NCBI GenBank assembly: GCA_964344755.1
Contig: CAYFOH010000001.1
Coordinates: 454-64,453, forward strand
DNA length: 64,000 bases
Reading direction: 5' to 3'
Source: an uncultured Methanosarcinales archaeon
GTDB taxonomy: Archaea > Nanobdellota > Nanobdellia > Woesearchaeales > GW2011-AR9
In this document: positions 1 through 8,818 of the stretch, piece after piece
Layout: each line of letters opens with the position of its first letter
Position numbering within the stretch: position 1 is the stretch's first letter
The notes under the pieces: model-generated
The model's input: the letters and a program-made list of their open reading frames with translations, nothing else
Database searches by the model: none
Told to the model about the DNA's origin: nothing
Made by a program: the position numbers and the translations under genes

Positions 1-2
1 AG

Positions 3-587
3 GTGAGGCCTTTAACTTTCCGTGAAACTTTGGCTGCTAGGTTAGAAAGTTATTTTACTTCTGAAAAAAGGAAAAAATTCTTTAATACTTATTTGTATAC
101 TTGTACGGCTGTTGCTTACAGGGGGAACTTAGATTCAAGTTACAAGGCACTAATCGAAAATAGTAAGTTTAAAATAATTCCAATTAGTAGTGATTTGTTG
201 GGGTTGGAAGCCAATTTTAATGAAACATTTGTTCAAATAAATTATGATTCTCTTGGGGGAGTTGAGTTAGATCGTAAAGACGCAGCTTATAATAGACGAT
301 TAACTAAAGACGAAGTAGTTAAACATCCTGCTTGGTTAGCAGCTGTCGAAGGCGATGAAAGATTGTTAAAGGATTATTCTGATCTTGTTTTTCCTTTAAT
401 TAAGAAAAGATTTGGTTTAGGTAAAAGCATGCCTTTTATGTTGAGAAGCAATGTTGAAAAAGACCAATTAAGTTCTCTGTCTGCTAATCTGCTTGATGCT
501 AATTTATTGGCAGAGGGTCGCAGCAATTTTCATTGGGATGCTGATTTCTTACGGCTTTCAGAAGCCAAGGATAAAACTAAACCATAA
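3..587 (+). CDS. Hypothetical protein, 5'-truncated by the window edge; paralog of the 31835..32707 ORF (shares RPLTFRETLAARLESYFTSE...KFKIIPISSDLLGLEA...KHPAWLAAVEGDERLLK)
   Basis: ORF track. Nucleotides 3..430 are about 80% identical to 32160..32590 by eye. No recognisable domain. Confidence 0.5.
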   Translation: MRPLTFRETLAARLESYFTSEKRKKFFNTYLYTCTAVAYRGNLDSSYKALIENSKFKIIPISSDLLGLEANFNETFVQINYDSLGGVELDRKDAAYNRRLTKDEVVKHPAWLAAVEGDERLLKDYSDLVFPLIKKRFGLGKSMPFMLRSNVEKDQLSSLSANLLDANLLAEGRSNFHWDADFLRLSEAKDKTKP

Positions 588-1506
588 ACACTTTATTAAC
601 ACTAATGCCTAAACCTTTTTTCTTTGTATTTATTTCAACAGCTGACATTAAAGCTTCACCAACAGCAACTAGCTCTCCTTTTAAAGATAGAATAGCTACA
701 GTTTCACTCTTCTTAAAATTCTCTAATTTACTGATCCCTGGAACGGCCAAATCTTTACCATGAGTAATACTTTCGATGGTAGTATCTAAAATCCAACATT
801 TGGCTAAATGTTTTAGAGAGTTTTCAATGGGTTGGATGCAATACCGTAAATATTTAGGATTGTTCTCTTCTTTATAATAATGATAAGCATCTTGTAAATC
901 ATTTAGTGTAATCAAATTATCTTTTTCAGTGAAAGGCCCGGCCTGGGTTCTTCTTAACTCAGCCATGTGGGCACCAATTCCTAGTTCCTTACCAAAATCT
1001 GAACAAAGTTTTCTGATATAAGTACCTGCCTGACATTTTACTCTGAATAAAACATCTTGATCTTCAATTTCTAACACTTCAAATTCGTAAATTTCTCGAA
1101 TTCTTTCTACTCTTTTGACTGCACTTTTAACAGGCGGTAGTTGTTTAATCTTTCCAGTAAATTTTTCAATAGTTGCTCTTAATGCCTCTTCTTCTACTGG
1201 TTTGTGTAAGTGCATTAAACAAACATATTCTTTAGGCGCAGTAAGAAGAAATTGAGCGATTTTTGTAGCCCTACCTAAAGCTACTGGTTGTACTCCGGTC
1301 ACTGCAGGATCTAGCGTTCCTGAATGGCCGGCTTTGTTTATTTGCAAAATCTTTTTAACATAATCAGAAGTTTGATGCGAGGATGGGCCCTTGGGTTTGT
1401 CGATGTTAACTATACCATAATCTATTAATTCTTCTATTGGTCTTTCTTTAGGAGGTTTACCAACCTTTCCGTCAGCTTTTTTTTTTACAAAGGTTTGTTT
1501 TTTCAT
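577..1506 (-). CDS. cbf5: Cbf5 / tRNA pseudouridine synthase B (H/ACA RNP catalytic subunit) with C-terminal PUA domain
   Basis: Archaeal Cbf5-type N-terminus (IDYGIVNIDKPKGPSSH). TruB catalytic region (GHSGTLDP). Length 309 aa. Confidence 0.85.
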   Translation of the reverse strand: MKKQTFVKKKADGKVGKPPKERPIEELIDYGIVNIDKPKGPSSHQTSDYVKKILQINKAGHSGTLDPAVTGVQPVALGRATKIAQFLLTAPKEYVCLMHLHKPVEEEALRATIEKFTGKIKQLPPVKSAVKRVERIREIYEFEVLEIEDQDVLFRVKCQAGTYIRKLCSDFGKELGIGAHMAELRRTQAGPFTEKDNLITLNDLQDAYHYYKEENNPKYLRYCIQPIENSLKHLAKCWILDTTIESITHGKDLAVPGISKLENFKKSETVAILSLKGELVAVGEALMSAVEINTKKKGLGISVNKVFMV

Positions 1507-1509
1507 GGC

Positions 1510-1740
1510 CTATCTATTTTTTAGAAACACTTCTCGACTGATTCTTAAGTCATGTTTTATTATTTTGTTTAGCAAGCCCCTATCAAGATGTTCTGTTGGA
1601 TGGTTGGGAATGACTGTAGTTCTGCCATCTGGATGTCCAAAAAACATGTGGCTTCCTTTTTGTCTTTTGAATATAAAGCCCAATTTTTCGATAATTTTCG
1701 CTAACTCTTTAGCTTTAATTAAAGGTAATTTGGTAGACAT
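1510..1740 (-). CDS. hicA: HicA-family toxin (YcfA-like mRNA interferase)
   Basis: 76 aa; KAKELAKIIEKLGF...RQKGSHMFFGHPDG matches the HicA fold signature. 2 nt downstream of the hicB-like ORF. Confidence 0.7.
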   Translation of the reverse strand: MSTKLPLIKAKELAKIIEKLGFIFKRQKGSHMFFGHPDGRTTVIPNHPTEHLDRGLLNKIIKHDLRISREVFLKNR

Positions 1741-1742
1741 CT

Positions 1743-1961
1743 TTAAGAAGCTTCGATTTCAATCTGTTGTAAGCTTAAAAACTTGTTAGTAACTTTTTGC
1801 TTACCTTGTACCTCTAGAAACAAAGAAATAGCTTCTTTTGTTCTTTCAATTAATTGATCATAAGTTTTGGCTTGACTTCGACATCCTGGTAGTCCAATAA
1901 CTTCAGAAATAAGGTATCCGTCTTCCCCCTGTTCAATAATAACAGTAAATTTTTGTTTCAT
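1743..1961 (-). CDS. hicB: HicB-like antitoxin (UPF0150/COG1598 short form)
   Basis: 72 aa; FTVIIEQGEDGYLISEVIGLPGCRSQAKTYDQLIERTKEAI typical of short HicB. Adjacent to hicA. Confidence 0.65.
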   Translation of the reverse strand: MKQKFTVIIEQGEDGYLISEVIGLPGCRSQAKTYDQLIERTKEAISLFLEVQGKQKVTNKFLSLQQIEIEAS

Positions 1962-2003
1962 GTTAGTAATATGTTACTTTAATATAAATAACTTTCTGCA
2001 GAA

Positions 2004-2486
2004 TTAATTTAATTGATTCTTTTTGGAAGGAACTGGTTGCGTGTCTTTCTTCTCTTTTTGTGGCAACTTCTCAACTTTCGGTTGAGGTTGTTCTTTTTCT
2101 AAAGCAGCTTGTTCTTGTTTACTTTCTTCTTTTTTAGCCACTTCTTTAAGAGTTTCTTTCACTTCTTTTTTAGGAGCTTTTTTCTTAGTATCAGCTTTTT
2201 CTTTTTTAGCTTTCACTCCAAAAAGTTCAGCGGTAACTTTACCTTCAGAGTCTTTAGTAACATTAACTTTGATTTTGTGTGGTGGGTTTCTAATACCGTG
2301 GTTCCATAATTTTTCGTTTAAAGAAGTTGAAAGTTTAACATTTTCTGACTTCATATGTTTAGTTAAGAACTGTTTGACGGCAGCTACAGCTTTCTTAGTT
2401 TTTCTCCATCTAGGAACTTTTTGAAACTCCTTTCTAAGTGGAATTGTGTAAGTTCTCTCAAGAGTTTTTTCAGTTTTAGCTGCCAT
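2004..2486 (-). CDS. rpl31e: Ribosomal protein L31e (eL31) with a roughly 70-aa Lys/Glu-rich C-terminal extension
   Basis: RTYTIPLRK...WRKTKKAVAAVKQFLTKHM...LNEKLWNHGIRNPPHKIKVNV is the eL31 core. The tail is low-complexity K/E. Confidence 0.8.
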   Translation of the reverse strand: MAAKTEKTLERTYTIPLRKEFQKVPRWRKTKKAVAAVKQFLTKHMKSENVKLSTSLNEKLWNHGIRNPPHKIKVNVTKDSEGKVTAELFGVKAKKEKADTKKKAPKKEVKETLKEVAKKEESKQEQAALEKEQPQPKVEKLPQKEKKDTQPVPSKKNQLN

Positions 2487-2563
2487 TATGCTTTGGTCTT
2501 AGTTCATAACCTTTGAAAAAGGTTATCATCCAAACAGTGCGGTATAAAGCCACACGGCTTAGA

Positions 2564-2737
2564 TCACGCTTTTGTTTTTGTCCTCCTCCAACTTCTTTTA
2601 ACTTCGGTATGTCTGGAAGGATGAACTTTTCTGCCCTTACCATAAATTTTGAAAACTGTCCAAAAAGGTGCCCACTTAGTTTGCTTGCTAAGCTTGATTA
2701 ACCTTTTCTTCAATGAAGGATGTTTGTAACGTGCCAT
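2564..2737 (-). CDS. rpl39e: Ribosomal protein L39e (eL39); too short for the ORF track
   Basis: Hand translation of the minus strand: MARYKHPSLKKRLIKLSKQTKWAPFWTVFKIYGKGRKVHPSRHTEVKRSWRRTKTKA, stop TGA at 2564-2566. Confidence 0.8.
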   Translation of the reverse strand: MARYKHPSLKKRLIKLSKQTKWAPFWTVFKIYGKGRKVHPSRHTEVKRSWRRTKTKA

Positions 2738-2738
2738 C

Positions 2739-3176
2739 TTATGCTCTTGCCTCTTTGATCATTTTCATAGCTAACTTATCTAAGAAAGAAGTGCCTTTAG
2801 GTGTTAGGACTCTACCTTTCCTGACTCCTTTTTGATCTTGTTTAATAAGTTCTGCTGCTTCAAGCTGTTGAAGAATTTTTCTGATAATAGAACCAGACGC
2901 TTTGTAAAATTTTTCTGGTTTGTTTCCTCTATTTTTTTTGCCACCAAACTTAGTCCTTAATTTTTCTGTACCTACTGGGCCTAATTTAGCAACAGTTCTA
3001 AGGATAGCCGCTGAACGCATATACCACCAATCAGCATCTTCAGGTAAACGTTGTTTGTGATGGCCTGTTTTAACAAAAATGCTCCATTCTGTAGGTTGAA
3101 CTAGCTTTTGTTTTTTTAGCTCTTCAGCAGACCGATTGATAAGTTCATTTGGGTTTACGCTTAAAATGTGTGTCAT
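2739..3176 (-). CDS. rps19e: Ribosomal protein S19e (eS19)
   Basis: WSIFVKTGHHKQRLPEDADWWYMRSAAILR...KNRG...ASGSIIRKILQQLE matches the eS19 family. Confidence 0.85.
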   Translation of the reverse strand: MTHILSVNPNELINRSAEELKKQKLVQPTEWSIFVKTGHHKQRLPEDADWWYMRSAAILRTVAKLGPVGTEKLRTKFGGKKNRGNKPEKFYKASGSIIRKILQQLEAAELIKQDQKGVRKGRVLTPKGTSFLDKLAMKMIKEARA

Positions 3177-3194
3177 GTTCTCTCTAGAAGACGA

Positions 3195-3212
3195 CTTATT
3201 TATAAAGCTTAT
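3195..3212 (-). promoter_or_regulatory. Archaeal TATA-box-like element (TTTATAAATA on the minus strand) about 25 nt upstream of the S19e start
   Basis: Seen in sequence. Position fits a short-leader or leaderless archaeal promoter. Confidence 0.35.
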
Positions 3213-3265
3213 TGTTCGTTTTTGAAAAGTTTTAAATAGGACAGAAATCTTTTTCCTTTTCAGTT

Positions 3266-4510
3266 ATGGTGGAAAAAAGGATGTTTGGTGGTAGATTGTT
3301 GGTCTTGTTCTTATTATTTACTGTTATGATGGCTGGTGGTGCTTTGGCCGAGGAGAACGGTTTCCTTGAATTTATTGGAGACTTAAGTGATGTAACTGAT
3401 CTGCAGGCTAATCATCCAGCAGGTGTTAGTTTCTTTTTGTTTGCTTTTTTATTTGCTGCCACCTTCTGGATTGGAATAAGCCAATACTCTGGTTGGAGGG
3501 GTTTAGGGAATAAAACAAGGAATGCTTCAATAATAGTGATCATAATCCTTGGCTTAATTGGGTCTTGGGGGCTTGTCCAGTTCCAAAAGGCACAAGGCTA
3601 TTGGATAATTGACAGGGCCGGTCCTTTTGCACTATTGTTTTTTATTCTTGTTGTTTTAGGACTAATTGGTTTTCTTGCCTTTAAGAAAAGCGAGGAAAAG
3701 CACTATTTTTTATTAATATCAATTTTTTATGTTGGTATATATTATATCTTGAATTGGTTGTTCTCTGATTTTACTGACGCTTTAGGTTTTGCAGGAGGTT
3801 TAATAGAGGTTATTTTTGTTATTTGTGCAGTTTATTTAATATGGTTTGTAGGCAGGTTTGCTTTTAATGCTTTTAGATATGGCCCACCTAATGTAAGTAA
3901 GGAACAATTAGAAGAAAAGAACGAGTCAGAGAAAGCTTTAGCTAAATATGAAAAAAAGAAAGCTCGTCGTAAAGCGTCCAAAGACTTTAGGAAGAGCAAA
4001 AGGGCTGTCAGAAACTTAAAACCAAAACTAGATGAAGCAAAAGAAGTTATTAGTACAATGCGTGACGGTGCAGCAGAAGCTGACAAAAAGAAAGTGGTTA
4101 GAGGAAACAAGAAAGTTATGAATGCTTTTTCTCGGTCTAACGTTAAGAAATTGGAACAATTGAAGCAAGATATATCTGCTTATGCTGGTTTGTTATCTGA
4201 TTTGGCTACGGAGGTAGAGAGTGTTGCAGGAACAAACCCTGTTGCTACTAACGATAAAAGTAAATTAGACGTTTTCAAAAATGATTTATTAGCTCAAGCT
4301 AAAGATTTAGGGAAAAAAATAGAAAAATTAGAGGGAGCTTGTCGTGTTTTATGGGATAGTGTTCAAAAGAAAACTCCTCTTCCACCTAATACTTGGGAAG
4401 ATCTTTCTAACTTACTAAAGAAAATATCTAATAAACTGGGCAAAATTCGTAAAGATTCATTAGCAGCATTAATTCTAGAAAAACGTATTAAGAAAGCTCT
4501 TAAGAACTGA
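3266..4510 (+). CDS. Membrane protein: N-terminal multi-TM region plus a roughly 200-aa Lys-rich coiled-coil C-terminal domain; function unknown
   Basis: Hydrophobic segments in the first about 200 aa, then KEQLEEKNESEKALAKYEKKKARRKASK... heptad-like charged repeats. Confidence 0.5.
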   Translation: MVEKRMFGGRLLVLFLLFTVMMAGGALAEENGFLEFIGDLSDVTDLQANHPAGVSFFLFAFLFAATFWIGISQYSGWRGLGNKTRNASIIVIIILGLIGSWGLVQFQKAQGYWIIDRAGPFALLFFILVVLGLIGFLAFKKSEEKHYFLLISIFYVGIYYILNWLFSDFTDALGFAGGLIEVIFVICAVYLIWFVGRFAFNAFRYGPPNVSKEQLEEKNESEKALAKYEKKKARRKASKDFRKSKRAVRNLKPKLDEAKEVISTMRDGAAEADKKKVVRGNKKVMNAFSRSNVKKLEQLKQDISAYAGLLSDLATEVESVAGTNPVATNDKSKLDVFKNDLLAQAKDLGKKIEKLEGACRVLWDSVQKKTPLPPNTWEDLSNLLKKISNKLGKIRKDSLAALILEKRIKKALKN

Positions 4511-4757
4511 TTTTAACTTTATGACCAAGAGCTTGACCAGGTAAACCTTTCTCGGCAAAGATGGCTCTTACATTGCCTTTTCTTCCGTGTAAAGCAGAGA
4601 TTTTACCTTTAATCTCTTTACCAGAAGGCGATTTCCAAGTTACTTCCTTACCAACTACTTTCTCTGCTTCTTCTGCAGTGTCAGCTACCTTAAGAATCAT
4701 TTGGTGCGGGTTAACATGGTGGCGTCCTTGCCTGAAATGCATTACAATTGCTTCCAT
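4500..4757 (-). CDS. rpl35ae: Ribosomal protein L35Ae (eL33)
   Basis: GKEVTWKSPSGKEIKGKISALHGRKGNVRAIFAEKGLPGQALGHKVKI is characteristic of L35Ae. Confidence 0.8.
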   Translation of the reverse strand: MEAIVMHFRQGRHHVNPHQMILKVADTAEEAEKVVGKEVTWKSPSGKEIKGKISALHGRKGNVRAIFAEKGLPGQALGHKVKISS

Positions 4758-4778
4758 GAGTTACCTCAGAACAGAACT

Positions 4779-4790
4779 CTTTTATAAAGA
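4779..4790 (-). promoter_or_regulatory. TATA-like box (TTTATAAAA, minus strand) about 25 nt upstream of the L35Ae ATG, with a GAGGT SD-like element in between
   Basis: Seen in sequence. Confidence 0.3.
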
Positions 4791-4802
4791 TTTTGGCACA
4801 TT

Positions 4803-5192
4803 TCAAAATAAATGTACTTTTAATGATTTAATCTTAGTGAAATGTTTATCGCAAGTAATTATCTCGTAGTTGTTAAATCTACAAATTCCTGCGATAAAAA
4901 TATCTACTCTATTTATTATGGTACCTGATTTTTTGAGTTCCTTTTCTATTTCAACAGATTCCAATGCTTCATTTTCTCCAAAACTAATGATCTCTGCTTC
5001 TTGAAAAAAACCTCTCGAGACTAATTCTTCGTGTTTTCTAAGCATCTTTAGAACTTCATAAACTGAAAAAGAAGAAGATTTTAAAGGACTTTTTCCTAGA
5101 AATTTATCTATTGCCATCCCTTTATCTTTACCACAAAAAAGTTCAATTATGGCAGAGCTATCTAACAGATAAACCATTTTCCCTCTTAACAA
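4803..5192 (-). CDS. vapC: PIN-domain toxin VapC (likely true start at MVYLLD, about 5177)
   Basis: VYLLDSSAIIE...typical PIN N-terminus with acidic residues. Overlaps the upstream vapB-like ORF. Confidence 0.7.
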   Translation of the reverse strand: MLRGKMVYLLDSSAIIELFCGKDKGMAIDKFLGKSPLKSSSFSVYEVLKMLRKHEELVSRGFFQEAEIISFGENEALESVEIEKELKKSGTIINRVDIFIAGICRFNNYEIITCDKHFTKIKSLKVHLF

Positions 5193-5397
5193 AATCTTTA
5201 GAAATTTCTTCTCTTAATTTTCTGATCTCAGCCCGCATTTTCTCCGGGTCTCTTTTAAGAATGCCTAAATATTTGTGGGAGATACTTTTTTCTTTAGAAA
5301 GTCTTTTGAAAAGAGAACTAAAACTTTCGTCTTTGTTTTTAAGCCCTTTGATTAAGTTATATGCGTCTTCTGTAACAGTAATTGTTTTTGTTGCCAT
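5158..5397 (-). CDS. vapB: VapB-type antitoxin (probable start MATKTITV at 5397; ORF track extends to 5448)
   Basis: 80-aa protein MATKTITVTEDAYNLIKGLKN..., overlapping the vapC start by about 20-35 nt. Confidence 0.55.
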   Translation of the reverse strand: MATKTITVTEDAYNLIKGLKNKDESFSSLFKRLSKEKSISHKYLGILKRDPEKMRAEIRKLREEISKDFVKRENGLSVR

Positions 5398-5481
5398 GAT
5401 ATGTTTATGTTTAAACATATATTTAAAGATTTCTACTAAATCACACAAATCATTAAAAACCTATCACGAACTACAAATCTG

Positions 5482-6993
5482 ATGGTCAAAGGACAAATAG
5501 TAGCAGGCGACTTTAGTAAAATAGTGATGCGTGTAAAAGCTGACCAAGAAGTGGAGATTGGTGAGCTTCTAGTAATAGAAAAAGAGGAGAAATTTATTTT
5601 ACAAGTGTATGATTTATTGTACGGAAGCCAAATTTCACAACAAAATCTGGAGATGGTGGCTGGTATGAATTTAGAAGAAGGTGGATTCTCCATAATGGAA
5701 GCTAATTTAAGAAATTATCAACTAGCATTATTAAAACCGATTCTTGTGGTCAGTGAAAGTAGTAAAACTTCTAAGAAGTTACCTAACTTCTTTTCTAAAG
5801 TTAGGGAAATAAAAGAAGACGATCTAGCCTTTATTACCAATCCTGTAAATCCTTTATTCTTAGGAGATCTTAGAAGCGGTAGTAAAAAACTGGATATGAA
5901 CATTCTTTTACCAGGCAAAGAAGTTTTGTCACACCATGTACTTGTAGCGGCTTCTACAGGTAAAGGAAAATCTAATCTTTTATCTAATACTTTATGGGAT
6001 ATTAATGGAAAAAATTATGCTGGGATGTTGGTCCTTGATCCACATGACGAGTATTATGGAAGAACCGGTTTGGGATTGAAAGACCACCCTCAAAAAAATA
6101 ATGTTAGTTATTATACTCCTTATGCTCCCCCTCCTGGAACCAACACTTTGAAAATAAACTTAAAGAGACTCAAACCAGAACATTTCCGTGGCGCAGTTAG
6201 TTTAAGTGATCCACAAAGACAGTGTTTACATGTTTATTATAAAAAATTTAGAGAAAACTGGATCTCTTCTTTGTTAGAGGAAAAGAAGGTTGAAGGTGTC
6301 CGTTTTCACGAAGATACAATTGCTGTTGTTAAAAGAAAATTAATCTCTTTATTGGGCATAGAAATTAACGAAGGCAGTTTAACCTGCCAAGGTATTTTTG
6401 ATGCAATTGCTGGTGAGAATACAATCAGTCAAATCTGCCAGGAGTTAGAGCAAGGTAAAACAGTTATCATTGATACCAGCCATTTTTCTGGAGCTTTAGA
6501 AATTATGGTTGGAAGTATTATTGCAAACGAAATATTTCAAAAGTATAAATATTACAAACGTAACGGTAGCTTGACTGAAAAGGCAGTAGTTTCTATAGTT
6601 TTAGAAGAAGCGCCTAGAGTTTTAGGTAAGAAAGTGTTAGAGAGTGGAAGTAATGTTTTTGATAGCATTGCAAGGGAAGGTAGGAAATTTAACGTTGGTT
6701 TAATTGCTATTACACAACTTCCTTCAGAAATACCAAAGAATATTTTGGCTAATATGAACACGAAAATAATTTTGGGGATAGAGATGGGTAGTGAACGGGC
6801 AGCAGTAATTGAATCTTCGCCTCAAGACTTAAGTGACGATAATCGTAATATTGCTGCCTTAGACAAAGGGGAAGCCATTGTTACCTCTACTTTCACAAGA
6901 TTTGCTGTACCGATTAAAGCTCCTTTGTTTAGTGAGTTTGTAAAAAAGGATAAGAAGGAAGATGTTACTGTTGATTTTATAGGGACGGGTTAA
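5482..6993 (+). CDS. HerA/FtsK-superfamily ATPase (HAS-barrel N-domain plus DUF87-like P-loop ATPase)
   Basis: N-terminal HAS-barrel-like beta region ([17 protein letters not shown]...[12 protein letters not shown]). Walker [18 protein letters not shown]. Walker [10 protein letters not shown]. No NurA/Mre11/Rad50 nearby. Confidence 0.7.
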   Translation: MVKGQIVAGDFSKIVMRVKADQEVEIGELLVIEKEEKFILQVYDLLYGSQISQQNLEMVAGMNLEEGGFSIMEANLRNYQLALLKPILVVSESSKTSKKLPNFFSKVREIKEDDLAFITNPVNPLFLGDLRSGSKKLDMNILLPGKEVLSHHVLVAASTGKGKSNLLSNTLWDINGKNYAGMLVLDPHDEYYGRTGLGLKDHPQKNNVSYYTPYAPPPGTNTLKINLKRLKPEHFRGAVSLSDPQRQCLHVYYKKFRENWISSLLEEKKVEGVRFHEDTIAVVKRKLISLLGIEINEGSLTCQGIFDAIAGENTISQICQELEQGKTVIIDTSHFSGALEIMVGSIIANEIFQKYKYYKRNGSLTEKAVVSIVLEEAPRVLGKKVLESGSNVFDSIAREGRKFNVGLIAITQLPSEIPKNILANMNTKIILGIEMGSERAAVIESSPQDLSDDNRNIAALDKGEAIVTSTFTRFAVPIKAPLFSEFVKKDKKEDVTVDFIGTG

Positions 6994-7025
6994 TTATTTA
7001 AACTTGCATCTACTTCTCTCGGTTA

Positions 7026-7892
7026 ATGAAACATTCGTTTAAAATAACTTTGGTTCTTTTGATGTTTTTTTTGTTGGCACAATTTTTAGGTCTTTTTATT
7101 TTAAGTAATTATATCGACAAAGAGTTGACAAAACAATCAGAGAAAGTAGTTTTCAAAGATCTTCCGATTGGAGAGAGACCTCCCCTTGACGAAAAGACTT
7201 CTTATTTGCCAATAATCTTAGCGATTCTTTTAGGAACAGGTTTGATATTGTTAATAATGAAATTAAGGCTAAATTGGCTTTGGAAATTTTGGTTTTTGTT
7301 AGCTGTGGTCGCCACTTTAACAGTGGCTTTTAATGCTTTCATTTCCTCTAAATTAGTATCTTTTATGGTGGCTTTAGGAATTGGTTTGTGGCGTATTTTT
7401 CGTCCGAATTTTTGGGTTCAGAATTTTTCAGAAATATTTGTTTATGGGGGGTTAGCAGCTATTTTTGTACCTTTGCTAAACTTAACTTCGGTGAGTATCC
7501 TTTTAGTCTTAATAGCACTTTATGACGCTTATGCTGTTTGGAAAAGCAAACACATGATTACTTTAGCTAAGTCACAAACTCAAGCCAAAGTTTTTGCAGG
7601 GTTAATGATACCTTACAAGTTAGGTAAAATAGCTAAGAAAGGAAAAGGCGTTAAAGTAAGAACAGCTTTGTTAGGTGGTGGTGACATAGGTTTTCCTTTA
7701 ATTTTTGCAGGCGTAGTTTTGAAAGAATTAGGTCTTTGGCAAAGTTTAGTAATACCTTTCTTTGCTCTAGCTGGACTTGGCTTTTTGTTTTGGATAGCTA
7801 AGAAAAAGAAATTTTATCCAGCGATGCCTTTTATTGGAGTTGGTTGTTTTCTAGGTTTAGGTATTGTTTGGTTAATACAATTGGTACTATGA
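7026..7892 (+). CDS. Presenilin/signal-peptide-peptidase homolog (A22 intramembrane aspartyl protease family)
   Basis: Polytopic membrane protein with LYDAYAV (YD), LGGGDIGFP (GxGD) and PAMP (PAL-like) motifs in the order and spacing seen in archaeal presenilin homologs. Confidence 0.6.
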   Translation: MKHSFKITLVLLMFFLLAQFLGLFILSNYIDKELTKQSEKVVFKDLPIGERPPLDEKTSYLPIILAILLGTGLILLIMKLRLNWLWKFWFLLAVVATLTVAFNAFISSKLVSFMVALGIGLWRIFRPNFWVQNFSEIFVYGGLAAIFVPLLNLTSVSILLVLIALYDAYAVWKSKHMITLAKSQTQAKVFAGLMIPYKLGKIAKKGKGVKVRTALLGGGDIGFPLIFAGVVLKELGLWQSLVIPFFALAGLGFLFWIAKKKKFYPAMPFIGVGCFLGLGIVWLIQLVL

Positions 7893-8806
7893 TAAAAGTA
7901 GCTCAGCTGGGACTAGGACAAATTGGTTTTGAAGTAGCGAGTTTTCTTAAAAATCAAAAATGGGCAGAACTAGTTGGTATTATTGATATTGATACAAGTA
8001 GGAAATTTGAGGAAGTAAAAATATATGCTTCTTTTGAGGAATTATGTAAAGAAGCTAAACCTGATGTTGTCATACAGACAACTTGTTCGAATGCCAAAAT
8101 TGCTTTGCAACAACTTTTACCAATAGTTGAGAGAGGAATTGATGTAGTTTCCAGTTGCGAAGAGCTAGTTTATCCTTGGCTTAGGGCTCCTGAATTGGCG
8201 AGTCAAATAAATTTACTTTGTAACAAAACTGGTTCAAAGGTTGTAGGGGTAGGTGTTAATCCTGGTTTTGTTATGGACGCTTTACCATTGTACATTACTA
8301 AGATTTGCAAAAGGGTAGATAAAATAGAAATAGAGAGGGTGGTAAACGCTTCTACTAGGAGAGAAAACTTACAAAGGAAGATAGGTTCTGGTCTGTCCAT
8401 AGAAGAATTTAATCCCAGTAAATATGGACACGCTGGCCTTAAAGAATCAGCTTTCTTGGTAGCTTCTTATTTGAATTGGGATACAACTATTTTTGAAGAA
8501 ACCATTAAGCCTTTAGTAGCTATGCAAGACATAAAGACAGATTTTTTTGAAGTAAAAGCAGGAAAGGTATGTGGTATTAAGCAAAAAGTTAGAATTGTTG
8601 ATAAGTTAGATTACTCGCTTATTATGAGTTTGGATGTCTCAGAATCCTATGATCAAATAGTTATTACAGGAAATCCTTCCTTAAATTTGAAATTTAATGG
8701 TGGAATTAAAGGTGACGAGGCCACTGTTGCTATTTTGGTAAATAATATTCCTAAACTAAGATTAGCTAAACCTGGTTTGTTAAAAGTAACAGATTTGCTG
8801 GTTTAA
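7889..8806 (+). CDS. NAD(P)-binding oxidoreductase, DapB-like / amine dehydrogenase family (start MIKVAQLGLGQIG; ATGA overlap with the upstream stop)
   Basis: Rossmann GxGxxG at the N-terminus. DapB-like layout. ATG 7889-7891 overlaps TGA 7890-7892 of the protease gene. Confidence 0.45.
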   Translation: MIKVAQLGLGQIGFEVASFLKNQKWAELVGIIDIDTSRKFEEVKIYASFEELCKEAKPDVVIQTTCSNAKIALQQLLPIVERGIDVVSSCEELVYPWLRAPELASQINLLCNKTGSKVVGVGVNPGFVMDALPLYITKICKRVDKIEIERVVNASTRRENLQRKIGSGLSIEEFNPSKYGHAGLKESAFLVASYLNWDTTIFEETIKPLVAMQDIKTDFFEVKAGKVCGIKQKVRIVDKLDYSLIMSLDVSESYDQIVITGNPSLNLKFNGGIKGDEATVAILVNNIPKLRLAKPGLLKVTDLLV

Positions 8807-8818
8807 GAGATTATTCTT

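Noticed and set aside
2109-2309. 66-aa plus-strand ORF full of Phe inside rpl31e
   Set aside because: It is antisense to the Lys-rich tail of L31e; a poly-AAG/TTC artefact.
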